Source of the DNA: an uncultured Bacilli bacterium
GTDB lineage: Bacteria; Bacillota_I; Bacilli_A; RF39; UBA660
Length of the DNA stretch: 64,000 nt
Direction of reading: 5' to 3'
Assembly (NCBI GenBank): GCA_934099115.1
Contig: CAKOPK010000006.1
Span: 372 to 64,371 of the forward strand
Shown in pieces: positions 1-10,883 of this stretch. The translations under genes and the position numbers were made by a program. How positions within the stretch are numbered: the stretch's first letter is position 1; each line of letters begins with the position of its first letter. The notes below the pieces were generated by a model. That model saw nothing but the letters and a program-made list of their open reading frames with translations. It was not told where the DNA came from and made no database searches.

Positions 1-1080
1 AGCGTAATGCCCGATTATTTTTCTTCTTATACATAGGCCTATTTCTAATAGTGGTCTATGCATGTTATCATATAACCATTTCTTTGCAATTTCAAACTTT
101 TGCTTTAGCTTATTCTTGTTGGTCTTGATATTAGGTCTATATTTTCTTGGAATTGTGGTTCCATTTGAGAATGTAAAACCCAAAAATGAAAATTCTTCTT
201 TTGTGCCTTTGAAGCGACCAAAAGGGAGTATCCTTGTTTTATCTTCTGCTAGCTCAAGTTTAAACTTTCGCATTCTCTCAATTAACAGATTATAAAATCT
301 TCTTGCTTCATTTTCATATTGAAACATTACTACAAAGTCATCAGCATATCTTATTAGATAAGCTTCACCTTTAAATTGCTTCTTAATTGCATTGAACCAA
401 GTATCTAGTACATAATGTAAATATACATTTGCAAGTACTGGTGATATTAATCCGCCTTGTGGCGTTCCTTTATCACTATCTTGATACTTGTAGTCTTCCA
501 AAACGCCTGCTTTCAAGAACCTTTCAATATATCTTAGAAAGTTCTTATCAGCTATTTCATGCTCTAAGAACATCATAAGTATATCGTGGTCTATGTTATC
601 AAAGAAAGCTTTGATGTCTGCATCAAGAATGTAGTTTACTTTCTTTGTCATTAATAGCCAGTTTATTTGACTTATAACTTGGTGACAATTCCTATTTGGC
701 CTGAAACCGTACGAACAATTTAGAAATATATTCTCATATATTTCATTCAGTATATCAGCCATTGCTCCTTGCACTAGCTTGTCTTCATAACAGGGTATCC
801 CCAATCCCCTTAGCTTTCCATTGGCTTTGGGAATGTATGTTTTCCTTACTGGCTTTGGTCTGTACGAAAAGTTCTTCATTCTTGTTAATAGCGATGTAAT
901 GTTATTTTCCAAGTCTTTAGAATACTCTTCCTTAGTTATACCGTCTATTCCACTTGCTTTGCCTTCCTGTTGTTTATCGTGTTGTTTTAGTAGTGTCTCT
1001 TTATTTACATAGTGCATTATCGTTTGAAGCTTGTATCCTTGTTGTAATTGGTATTTTATATCTTTTCGTTTTGTTTCCAT
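1..1080 (-). CDS. Group II intron-encoded reverse transcriptase/maturase (N-terminal ~360 aa; the C-terminus is cut by the window edge)
   Basis: Own translation of the minus strand from the ATG at 1080-1078, with a GGAGG RBS upstream: METKRKDIKYQL...GIDGITKEEY...RPKPVRKTYIPKANGKLRGLGIP...GFRPNRNCHQ...GTPQGGLISPVLANVYLH...LIRYADDFVV. These are the canonical RT motifs, including YADD. The ORF is absent from the supplied track because it is open at position 1. Confidence 0.93.
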   Translation of the reverse strand, partial: METKRKDIKYQLQQGYKLQTIMHYVNKETLLKQHDKQQEGKASGIDGITKEEYSKDLENNITSLLTRMKNFSYRPKPVRKTYIPKANGKLRGLGIPCYEDKLVQGAMADILNEIYENIFLNCSYGFRPNRNCHQVISQINWLLMTKKVNYILDADIKAFFDNIDHDILMMFLEHEIADKNFLRYIERFLKAGVLEDYKYQDSDKGTPQGGLISPVLANVYLHYVLDTWFNAIKKQFKGEAYLIRYADDFVVMFQYENEARRFYNLLIERMRKFKLELAEDKTRILPFGRFKGTKEEFSFLGFTFSNGTTIPRKYRPNIKTNKNKLKQKFEIAKKWLYDNMHRPLLEIGLCIRRKIIGHYA

Positions 1081-1600
1081 GTTTTATACCTCCTCTAGTG
1101 ATTACATGTGTCCCTAAAGAAACAACTATATGCTAGTCCCTTTGCTCCACGGTCATTACTCGCTTCATTGCTACTATGAACTAGTCCGACTACTCATAAA
1201 TCGTTTATCTAACTTAGATTACAAATCCTCGCTTCGATATACTTCTCACATCGATATATTAAACCTCTGATATTAAAGAACTTATGAGTTCTCCCAGGTA
1301 TGCCTAACATAACACTGATATACTCGCCATGCTCTAAAGACCCCGGTGGCACTTTCACAATATCTCGCATTAACGATATTGCCATTATTGTCTGCTGTGT
1401 AAGGAAGCACATCGACTACCACTATTTATCTTTGACGAGGCTGAATTGCTTCACGATTTCTCATTATGGCTCGTATTCTTGCTTGCCTACGCTTAAACCT
1501 AATCTCACGACTTCGGCTCCAAGGCTAGCTAATGGCTCTTTGCTAAAGATTACCATACCGGATTTCCACCGGTTATATGTTAAACACCGAACTGGCGCAC
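1..1600 (-). mobile_element. Group II intron, 5' portion (5' splice site through domains I-III into the domain IV ORF). The 3' end lies beyond the window start.
   Basis: The reverse complement of 1595-1600 reads GTGCGC, matching the group II 5' consensus GUGYG. About 520 nt of stop-rich, GC-richer non-coding sequence follows before the RT/maturase ORF, which starts at 1080. Confidence 0.85.
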
Positions 1601-1810
1601 TCCTTTACTTTTCTAGATTATAATACATATATAATATATTTTCATTATGTTCGACAAAACTTGTCAAAACTTATATATACATAAATAGGCTCTAACATAT
1701 ATAAAAAATAAATATCATATACTTATCTATGTTATATTTCTACTATACAATATTATTTAGTTTTTTTCAAGAATTTTGTTACTATTTGCGTACTTATTTT
1801 TAATCACTTA

Positions 1811-1840
1811 AAAATCACACTTTTATAATTGTGTGATTTT
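1811..1840 (-). terminator. Rho-independent terminator after the AAA ATPase gene
   Basis: Perfect 10-bp stem AAAATCACAC (1811-1820) / GTGTGATTTT (1831-1840), directly after the stop codon at 1842-1844. The stem is U-rich on the minus strand. Confidence 0.6.
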
Positions 1841-1841
1841 C

Positions 1842-3083
1842 TTATAATTCTAAACTATTCTTCTTTAATAAAAATTCTCTTATACCTATAATCAAGATAC
1901 CATCTTCATTATGCCATAAATTTATATCTTCTCTTACTACAATAATCTTTTTAAAATTATCTCCTACAGAATTTAAAGGTCGTGACTCTTGATAATTTTT
2001 TTCTGGAGTATCTATATTTAATGCTGATTGTATATAATATCTATTACTAGCCATATTACATACAAAATCTATTTCATAATAAGTTCTTCCCTCATTATTT
2101 CTTAATTCTACTACTCCAACATCAACACTATAACCTCTAATTAATAATTCATTATAAATGATATTTTCCATAATATGATTTTCTTCTTGTTGTCTAAAAT
2201 TTAATCTAACATTTCTTAAACCTAAATCAGTAAAATAATACTTAAAAGGAGTTCTAATATACTTTCTACCTTTAACATCATATCTCTCAGCCTTATTAAT
2301 TAAAAAAGCATTTTCTAAATATTCTATATAAGCTGTAATAGTATTTAAAGCAATATGTTTACCATTAAATGAAATATATGTTTTATAAATATTCATAGGG
2401 TTTGTTAAAGAACCAATAGAAGAAGCTAATATATTTACTATTGCATCTAATACATCTTTTCTTTTAATATCATTTCTTTCAATAATATCTTTTAAATAAG
2501 TATTCTCAAATAAATTTAATAAATATTCTCTTTTTTGTTTTTCATTATTTTGAAGTACTACTGGTGGTAATCCTCCATATAAAACATACTCTTTCCAAGC
2601 CATATCTAAAGAAATATCTTTTATTTCTACAAATTCTTTAAAAGATAAAGGATATATTCTTATCTCAGTACTTCTACCTCTAAATTCTGTTACAATATCA
2701 CTAGATAAAAATTTTGAATTTGACCCAGTTACATATACATCTAAATTAGGTTTCTTCAAAAAACTATTTAATACTTCTTCAAAATTTTTAACTAACTGAA
2801 TTTCATCTAAAAGAATATAATACATCTCTGTATCTTTAATCTTATTCATAACATAGTTAAATAGTTCCATAGGGTCTCTATACTTACTATTTTCTATTAA
2901 ATCTAAATCTAATTTTATAATATGATCCTCATTCACCCCATTAGTTATTAAATAATTCTTAAAAATTGGGTCTAATAAATAAGATTTCCCACATCTTCTA
3001 ATTCCTGTAATAACTTTAATTAATTTATTTTCCTTAGCAGATATTAACTCATTTAAGTATTGTTCTCTTTTAATTTCTTTCAT
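1842..3083 (-). CDS. AAA-family ATPase (AAA_14 N-terminal domain plus DUF4143-like C-terminal region)
   Basis: Walker A motif GIRRCGKSYLL and Walker B-like motif ILLDEIQ. The length and layout are typical of the AAA_14/DUF4143 family. The ORF in the track extends to 3098, but the ATG at 3083 has an AGGA RBS, so it is the preferred start. Confidence 0.75.
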   Translation of the reverse strand: MKEIKREQYLNELISAKENKLIKVITGIRRCGKSYLLDPIFKNYLITNGVNEDHIIKLDLDLIENSKYRDPMELFNYVMNKIKDTEMYYILLDEIQLVKNFEEVLNSFLKKPNLDVYVTGSNSKFLSSDIVTEFRGRSTEIRIYPLSFKEFVEIKDISLDMAWKEYVLYGGLPPVVLQNNEKQKREYLLNLFENTYLKDIIERNDIKRKDVLDAIVNILASSIGSLTNPMNIYKTYISFNGKHIALNTITAYIEYLENAFLINKAERYDVKGRKYIRTPFKYYFTDLGLRNVRLNFRQQEENHIMENIIYNELLIRGYSVDVGVVELRNNEGRTYYEIDFVCNMASNRYYIQSALNIDTPEKNYQESRPLNSVGDNFKKIIVVREDINLWHNEDGILIIGIREFLLKKNSLEL

Positions 3084-3098
3084 AATATTCCTTTCCAT

Positions 3099-3290
3099 TG
3101 AAATTTAGCGTCACTAGTGACAGTTAATTTCAATGACATAGAACATAAGTTAAATTTCTAACGAAATTTAACGCTTATGATATCTCACGATATCATTTTT
3201 CTGCTTCACAGAAACCTAAGGCTCTCCACAGACCAACTTCGGATGGTCGCCACCCTACTAATTTTTGCTTTTTATTTTATATTAAATTTT
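3099..3290 (-). ncRNA. Putative TnpB-associated omega-RNA (reRNA) / IS right-end region
   Basis: It lies immediately 3' of, and overlapping, the tnpB stop, where omega-RNAs are encoded. It is unusually GC-rich for an intergenic region in this window. It contains several perfect stems: 3149-3158/3163-3172 (10 bp), 3179-3184/3189-3194 (6 bp), 3231-3235/3244-3248 (5 bp), and 3096-3105/3126-3135 enclosing the palindrome GTCACTAGTGAC. Confidence 0.55.
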
Positions 3291-4425
3291 CTTTTATATA
3301 TTTTGTTAATCCTTCAAACATTATATTTATACTAGCATTTATATCTCTATCATGAACACATTCGCAATTTTTACAAGTCCAACTTCTTACACTTAAATCC
3401 TTTACTTTTATTTCTTTATAATTACATCTATTACATATTTGACTACTTGGATAATACTTATTTATTTCTATTACTTTCTTACCCAGCCATTCTGCTTTAT
3501 ATTTAAGTATTCGCAAGAACTCTCCCATTGGAACTTGGTTTAAATATTTTGCTACTTTATGTACTTGATACATTTTAGAAATATCTAATGACTCTACTGC
3601 GATAATATCATTATCTTTTAATATCCTATTTGTAACAGTATGAATCATATGCTTTCTTGCATTTCTTATTTTTAAATATAATCTTTGAATTTTTAACTTC
3701 ATTTTATTATAGTTTTTACTTCCAGGAACACATCTAGATAAACCTTTTTGTAATCCCTTTAATCTTTTCTCATTCATTTTTACTTCATTCTTTATTTTTT
3801 CTCCATCAGAAGTAACGATAAAATCTTTTATACCTAAATCTAAGCCAACAACATTATTTAAATCAATTACTGGTTTAGTAAATGGTACTTCTACTAGAAC
3901 ACTTACATAATATTTACCTGCATCTTTTGCTACGGTTGCAGACTTAACCTCACCAGGTATAACTTTTAAATTTCTATAACCCTTAATTTTAACTTCTTTT
4001 AGTTTAGGTAATGTAATAAATTTATTATTTAAATCAATACGGATACTTTCGTAGTTAGTACCTTTATAAGTACTTCTAGTATTATTAGTTCTATAACTAT
4101 CATGAACATTTTTCTTTTTAAATCTTGGATATCCATAACCATTAAAAAATCTTACAAAAGCATCATCTAAATTAAATGTAGCTGTTTGTAATGCACATGA
4201 ATCAGTTTCTTTTAACCATTCATATTCTTTTTTTAATACAGTTAATTCTTTTAATTGATCATATTTGTTTATTTTTGTTTTATTTAATTCATATTTATTT
4301 TTTCTCTCAGCTAGAAAAGTATTATATATAAATCTTGTGCTGCCAAAAGTTTTCTCAATAAGTGTTCTTTGAGAATCAGTTGGATATAATCTAAATTTAT
4401 ATGCCTTATATGTATTCATTTCCAA
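3277..4425 (-). CDS. tnpB: RNA-guided endonuclease TnpB (IS200/IS605 family OrfB, IS1341-like)
   Basis: The N-terminus MNTYKAYKFRLYPTDSQ is typical of OrfB_IS605. RuvC-I Asp lies in VGLDLGIKDF and RuvC-II Glu in IIAVESLDI. The zinc ribbon is CNRC...CKNC, and RuvC-III Asp lies in HDRDINASINI. Confidence 0.92.
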   Translation of the reverse strand: MEMNTYKAYKFRLYPTDSQRTLIEKTFGSTRFIYNTFLAERKNKYELNKTKINKYDQLKELTVLKKEYEWLKETDSCALQTATFNLDDAFVRFFNGYGYPRFKKKNVHDSYRTNNTRSTYKGTNYESIRIDLNNKFITLPKLKEVKIKGYRNLKVIPGEVKSATVAKDAGKYYVSVLVEVPFTKPVIDLNNVVGLDLGIKDFIVTSDGEKIKNEVKMNEKRLKGLQKGLSRCVPGSKNYNKMKLKIQRLYLKIRNARKHMIHTVTNRILKDNDIIAVESLDISKMYQVHKVAKYLNQVPMGEFLRILKYKAEWLGKKVIEINKYYPSSQICNRCNYKEIKVKDLSVRSWTCKNCECVHDRDINASINIMFEGLTKYIKENLI

Positions 4426-4524
4426 TTACCCCCTCGGATAATATAATTATAACATATGTTCGTTAACACGTAAATGATTTTTATGAACTTTTGCACCTAC
4501 GTTGCTTTTTATTTGACATTCTAA

Positions 4525-4917
4525 GATTTTATATTATTTTGGTTTCAAAGACACGAAGATGATCTTTATGTCGTTGAAAGAATACATATTTTTGAATTTA
4601 TTGCTAGATTAATTAGGCATATTCCTGAACCACAATTTAAAACTATTCGTTATTATGGTTTTTATGCTTCTAGAAAACATAAACTATATAGTTCTTGTAA
4701 AATGTTAATAGACAAATTAAAGATACCTTTTTATAAATCTATGATTAAATGGAGAATGCTATTAATTACTTCTTTTAAAACTGATCCAATTATATATAAT
4801 AATTGTAATACTACTATGGAATTTTTTATGAATTTACTTAACAGAAAAGTCCAGACAAGATTGAATTTATTTGTCCGGTATACAAAACGAGAGAAAGGAT
4901 TTCACGTAAGGTTGTAG
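4525..4917 (+). pseudogene. IS91-family (Y2/rolling-circle) transposase, C-terminal remnant only
   Basis: The frame is open from 4525 and reads ...QRHEDDLYVVERIHIFEFIARLIRHIPEPQFKTIRYYGFYASRKHK.... This matches the conserved C-terminal FI.RL..HIP...F..IRYYG block of IS91-type transposases (from memory). There is no N-terminal catalytic region and no start codon with an RBS. Confidence 0.65.
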
Positions 4918-5046
4918 AATTTCTAGATGAAGCAGATCAAATTTTTAAAAATATAATTTAAAATATTTTTTGTGTGCAATAATTTAAAAATCATTGTACT
5001 TTTTTCTTTTTATATAAATATGAACTTTCCTATAAGATAAAAAACG

Positions 5047-6460
<1,414 letters not shown>

Positions 6461-6539
6461 CTAAATAATTATATCTTTTTTCTAATAAAATAGCAATAAA
6501 AATAGCACTTCTTAAAAAGTACTATTTAAAATTCTAAAA

Positions 6540-6633
6540 TGGCGGAGCAGAGAGGATTTGAACCTCCGCGCCAGCATTCGCCGACCTAGATCCTTAGCAG
6601 GGACCCCTCTTCAGCCTCTTGAGTACTGCTCCA
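6540..6633 (-). tRNA. tRNA-Ser (anticodon GCU), long variable arm, encoded CCA
   Basis: Manual fold of the reverse complement: GGAGCAG...GGTCC CT-GCT-AA GGATC, a long extra arm, the T-arm GGAGGTTCAAATCCTCT, then ...CTCCGCCA. Confidence 0.9.
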
Positions 6634-6734
6634 TAAGTACTCTTAAATTTTACAATAAAAATACATGTAAGTCAAGCTAAAATCGAGGTATAGAACCTAA
6701 AATTTTGACTTATACTATATTTAGGTGGTAAATC

Positions 6735-8168
6735 ATGGAAAATAAAATAATTAAAAGAATTCAAAAAGAATTTAAAGAAACTCCCGATTTAATTATTAAA
6801 AAAGTAAAATTATCTTTATTTGATACTATCTTTATTGTCTATTTAGAAACCGTAAGTTCTAGTGATAAAGTAAATGATTATATTCTAAAAAATCTAACTA
6901 ATATTAGTAGTAATAAATCTAAAAAAATAGTAAACACTGACAGTATTTTACCAGGTCCAAACACTAAAAAAATCCATGATTTTGATGAAATAGAATTCTA
7001 TATCACGAGTGGTTTTACAATTATTATTCGTAATGAAGATATTTTAGCCATTGAAACAAAAGCAGATATCAACCGTGCCGTCAGTAATTCTGATAGTGAA
7101 GCAGCCATAAATGGTCCTAAAGATGCTTTTACAGAAAACTATCAAATTAATTTAGGTTTAATTAAAAGAAGATTAAAATCTAGTACTTTAAAAACCAAAG
7201 AATACATTGTTGGAAGAAAAACAAATACCAGTGTAGGTGTCTTATACTTTGATGATATCGCCGATACTGATTTATTAAATCTAGTAACTGAAAGAATAGA
7301 AAAAATAGATATCGATGGTATTATTGATTCTAGTAATATTGGTCAATTATTAATTGATGAACAAAAAATTCATTTTCCAACTTATATCTTAACCGAAAGA
7401 CCAGATAATGTTGCCAAAGCTTTATTAGATGGCAAAATAGTAATTATGGTAGATACATCTCCCTTTGCAATTATACTCCCTGCTTTCTTTATTGATTTTA
7501 TCAATCCAGGAGTAGACACTTATAATAAAAGTAAAAACGTTAATTTCTTAAAAATCATCCGTCTAGCTTGCTTCTTTCTATCTATGATTGTTCCCGCTAT
7601 TTACATTGCCCTAATTAATTATAATCAAGAAACAATACCTACTAATCTATTAGTAAACTTTAGTGTTCAAAGAGACGGTGTCCCCTTTCCTGCTTTTGTT
7701 GAAGCTTTAGGTATGTTATTCATTTGTGAAATGTTAAGAGAAAGTGATTTAAGATTTCCCAATACCTATGGAAGTGCTATATCCATATTAGGAGCACTAG
7801 TCTTAGGAGATGCTGCTGTATCCGCCGGTATTGTAAGTCCCATCATGATTATTGTTATATCTCTAACCTTTATGGCTAGTCTAATCTTTACCGAAGCAGA
7901 AATAGTAAATGCCCTAAGACATTTAAGATTTCTCTTTATCATTCTAGCATCTTTCTATGGTATCTTAGGTATAGTTTTTGGAACAATTTATTTTCTAATC
8001 AAAATGAACAATATTTATTCTTTTGGTAATCCCTATTTTTATCCTTTTGTTCCCTTTGATAAACCATATTTCTTTAAAACAGTATTAAAAGGTTCCTTAA
8101 AAAAAGAAACCAAAAGAAGTAATTTACTAGCTAGTAAAAATAAAACAAAACAAGGAGAAAATATATGA
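6735..8168 (+). CDS. Spore germination protein, GerA (A-subunit) family
   Basis: The INGPKDAFTENYQINLGLIKRRLK motif and a C-terminal multi-TM region, as in GerAA/GerKA. Confidence 0.9.
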   Translation: MENKIIKRIQKEFKETPDLIIKKVKLSLFDTIFIVYLETVSSSDKVNDYILKNLTNISSNKSKKIVNTDSILPGPNTKKIHDFDEIEFYITSGFTIIIRNEDILAIETKADINRAVSNSDSEAAINGPKDAFTENYQINLGLIKRRLKSSTLKTKEYIVGRKTNTSVGVLYFDDIADTDLLNLVTERIEKIDIDGIIDSSNIGQLLIDEQKIHFPTYILTERPDNVAKALLDGKIVIMVDTSPFAIILPAFFIDFINPGVDTYNKSKNVNFLKIIRLACFFLSMIVPAIYIALINYNQETIPTNLLVNFSVQRDGVPFPAFVEALGMLFICEMLRESDLRFPNTYGSAISILGALVLGDAAVSAGIVSPIMIIVISLTFMASLIFTEAEIVNALRHLRFLFIILASFYGILGIVFGTIYFLIKMNNIYSFGNPYFYPFVPFDKPYFFKTVLKGSLKKETKRSNLLASKNKTKQGENI

Positions 8169-9235
8169 AAAAGTTATTATTAATCATTATTCCTTTCTTA
8201 TTATGTGGTTGTTATGATTATAACGAATTAAATGATTTAGCCATCATCTCTGGAGTTGCTATCGATTATATAAATGAAGAATATGTAGTAACATTTGAAG
8301 TATTGCTTACTAAAAAGCAAGGAGAAGAACAATCTAGTACTGGTTCTTATACAATAAGTAGTAAAGCAAATACTGTTTATGAAGCTTTTGCTAAAAATGG
8401 TAAAAGCATTGAAAAAGTACCCTATTTTGACCATATAGAAACTGTAATTATTAGTGAAGATATAGCAAGAAATCACCTAGAAGAAGTAAGTGAATATCTA
8501 ATTAGAAGTTCTAAATTTCGTAATGAATTTTACATAGTAATAAGTACTACAGAAGCTAAAGATTTACTAAATAATACTAGTGAAGAAGTAAATGTTGTAT
8601 CTTCCTATATTGTAGGATTACTAGAGAACAATAATAGAACCTTAAGTGCAGCTTACTATGCTCCTTTTGTAGAAGTATTAAGTAATATATTGTCAAAAAG
8701 AGAAGATGCTATTCTATCTACTTTTAGTCTAGATGATGATAAAATAATTTTATCAGGTATGGGATTACTTCACAATTATGAATTAAAAGAAATATTAAAC
8801 TTAGAAGATGCTTCGATCATAAACTTATTAAATAATTTTCATGCCAATACTACTTCTTTTGTAAGTACTTGTGATAAAGGAAAGACTGTTATTACAGTTT
8901 ATGATTCTAAATTTGATGTTTTAGAAGAAAAAGACAAAATATCTGTAAAAGCAAGTATTAATGCCCGTATTCAAGAAGATAATTGTGATTATAATCTAAA
9001 AGATATAAATTCTTATCAAGAATTACAAAAAAAATTCCAAAAAATTATGGAAAATAGAATAAATCATGTAATAAAAATATTACAAGATAATAAAACAGAT
9101 GTTTTAAAACTAAGATCTAAGTTTTATAAAAAATATCGCTATGATGATAATGATGCATGGCTAAATAAAAACATAGATTATAATATCGATTTAAAAATAA
9201 ATAAAAAAGGATTAATCTTTGATTTAGAAGAATAG
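8165..9235 (+). CDS. Ger(x)C-family germination lipoprotein (C-subunit)
   Basis: Lipobox LLCGC followed by YDYNELNDLAIISGVAIDY, typical of GerAC. Overlaps the A-subunit stop by 4 nt. Confidence 0.88.
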   Translation: MKKLLLIIIPFLLCGCYDYNELNDLAIISGVAIDYINEEYVVTFEVLLTKKQGEEQSSTGSYTISSKANTVYEAFAKNGKSIEKVPYFDHIETVIISEDIARNHLEEVSEYLIRSSKFRNEFYIVISTTEAKDLLNNTSEEVNVVSSYIVGLLENNNRTLSAAYYAPFVEVLSNILSKREDAILSTFSLDDDKIILSGMGLLHNYELKEILNLEDASIINLLNNFHANTTSFVSTCDKGKTVITVYDSKFDVLEEKDKISVKASINARIQEDNCDYNLKDINSYQELQKKFQKIMENRINHVIKILQDNKTDVLKLRSKFYKKYRYDDNDAWLNKNIDYNIDLKINKKGLIFDLEE

Positions 9236-9245
9236 GAGGCTTCAT

Positions 9246-10265
9246 ATGTTAAAAGAAAATAATTCTAGTATTGCATTCTTTCTAACTCGTAGTTTATTTT
9301 TAGGTTTTGGAGTAGCCCTAATGTTCCAAAACGCTAATAAAGATGCTTATATAGGAGCAATACTAGGTACTATCTTAGGTTTTGGTATTATCTTAATATA
9401 TAGTTATCTATTAAGTAAAAAACAAGAATTTACACTAAAAGAACTATGTTTAAAAAATAAAATAATTGGTACTCTAACCAGAGCTTTATTTCTACTTACA
9501 AGTTTTTTAATATTAATATATACTGTAATTATTTTTAAAATATTTATTGTAAGTTTTATGCTTGTAAATACTCCTGAACTCTTAATTACTATACCTTTTC
9601 TTATTATTAGTGCTTATGCTGCTTTTAAAGGCTTAAAAGTAATAGGAAGAGTAGCTCGTTCTCTATTTCCTCTTAGTATTGTCTCAATTATCTTTACAGT
9701 ATTTAGTCTAGCAGGTTATATTCAGTTTGAACACTTCTTCCCCATTCTAGATGTTGGCGCATTAAATATTTTTAAATCAACAATTATATTTACTAGTATA
9801 AGTGTTTTCCCTAATATTCTTTTATTTCACTTGAAAACTCCTAAAAGAATAGCCCTTAATTATTTAATAGGAGCTATATCTATTATCTTTGCTTTATTTA
9901 TTGTAAATGGTATCTTTGGTAGTGAATTAATAACTATCTTTCGTTTTTCAGAATATATGGTATTAAAACAATTAAAACTCTTAAATTTCATTGAAAAAGT
10001 AGAAAACATCTTATCTATAGTCTGGTTATTTGATTTATTTATAACTTCTATGATGTCTATTTATTCCATAAAAGAAATGCTTCCTGATAAACATAATAAA
10101 ATAACTACTTCTCTTGTATTACTAATTGTCTTAATATTAATAGATAAAGTATTTGCTTTTAACTATGTAAATGAATTAATAAGCTATTACTATCTTCCTA
10201 TAATAGGCCTAGCTCTATCTATCTTAATTATTATAAATATGTTTTGTCTAATTAAGAAGCAGTAA
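9246..10265 (+). CDS. Spore germination permease (GerAB/B-subunit, APC superfamily)
   Basis: About 10 predicted TM segments and the third gene of the ger operon. The N-terminus SSIAFFLTRSLFLG resembles GerAB. Confidence 0.82.
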   Translation: MLKENNSSIAFFLTRSLFLGFGVALMFQNANKDAYIGAILGTILGFGIILIYSYLLSKKQEFTLKELCLKNKIIGTLTRALFLLTSFLILIYTVIIFKIFIVSFMLVNTPELLITIPFLIISAYAAFKGLKVIGRVARSLFPLSIVSIIFTVFSLAGYIQFEHFFPILDVGALNIFKSTIIFTSISVFPNILLFHLKTPKRIALNYLIGAISIIFALFIVNGIFGSELITIFRFSEYMVLKQLKLLNFIEKVENILSIVWLFDLFITSMMSIYSIKEMLPDKHNKITTSLVLLIVLILIDKVFAFNYVNELISYYYLPIIGLALSILIIINMFCLIKKQ

Positions 10266-10848
10266 TAGTATCTACTATATAATAAACATCTTTATAAATA
10301 TATTTATCTTTCTTAGTTAATCCATATATAAAAACTTCTAAATTTAGTTTCTTTAACTCTTTTATTATATGTGCATTAGCAATCGGATAAAGTATTCCTA
10401 TAAAATCAAAAGGATAATAATTAGTACTATTTAATATATAATTTAATACTCCAACTTTAAAAGGTTGGTCTTTTAATTTCCTTATAACACTTGTAAAAAA
10501 ACTCATAACATATATATTTTTATCTTGATATTGATTTAATAAATGAGCTAATAAAGAAACATCTATATTAATATCTTTTATTTCTATTAAAATAATCTTA
10601 TCTGTATCTATTTTTAATACCTCTTCTAAACTAGTTAAACCCTTCTTTTTTAATTCTTCTAAAGTATACTTCTTTATATATTTCCCCTCTAAAAAAGCAT
10701 CATGATGGACAATAAACTGTTTATCTTGTGTCATATATATATCTAGTTCAAAACCAGCATAAAGATGAGAAGAACAAGCATTTTTAAATGCTTCTAAAGT
10801 ATTTTCTTTTAAGTTATTTAGAACAAGTCCTCGGTGGGCTATAAACAT
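10252..10848 (-). CDS. Glycerophosphodiester phosphodiesterase family protein
   Basis: GDPD motifs HRG...ENTLEAF...ELDI...HHD at the N-terminus. Confidence 0.8.
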   Translation of the reverse strand: MFIAHRGLVLNNLKENTLEAFKNACSSHLYAGFELDIYMTQDKQFIVHHDAFLEGKYIKKYTLEELKKKGLTSLEEVLKIDTDKIILIEIKDINIDVSLLAHLLNQYQDKNIYVMSFFTSVIRKLKDQPFKVGVLNYILNSTNYYPFDFIGILYPIANAHIIKELKKLNLEVFIYGLTKKDKYIYKDVYYIVDTITAS

Positions 10849-10883
10849 AATATCACCATTTTATTATATGAAAAAAGGAGATT

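Larger units (their letters stand above)
3099..4524 (-). mobile_element. IS200/IS605-family element carrying tnpB only (no Y1 tnpA); boundaries approximate
   Basis: tnpB plus a structured right end. The left boundary is placed where the IS91-transposase homology begins (about 4525-4545). There is no space for a tnpA ORF. Confidence 0.5.

Noticed and set aside
62-1623. Five plus-strand ORFs in the track (62-295, 821-1012, 954-1136, 1300-1623) and the minus-strand ORF 1209-1412.
   Set aside because: They lie antisense to the group II intron RT ORF or inside the intron's structured RNA domains. They have no RBS and low-complexity hydrophobic translations, so they are shadow ORFs.
4702-4917. A 71-aa ORF that might be called as an independent gene.
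   Set aside because: It is just the ATG-initiated tail of the longer open frame (from 4525), which is the C-terminal remnant of an IS91-type transposase.
8237-8476. A minus-strand 79-aa ORF inside the gerC-type gene.
   Set aside because: It is antisense to a confidently identified lipoprotein gene and has a low-complexity translation.
6735-10265. The A-C-B gene order of the germinant receptor operon as an anomaly.
   Set aside because: Gene order in gerA-family operons varies among clostridia-like sporeformers. All three subunits appear intact.
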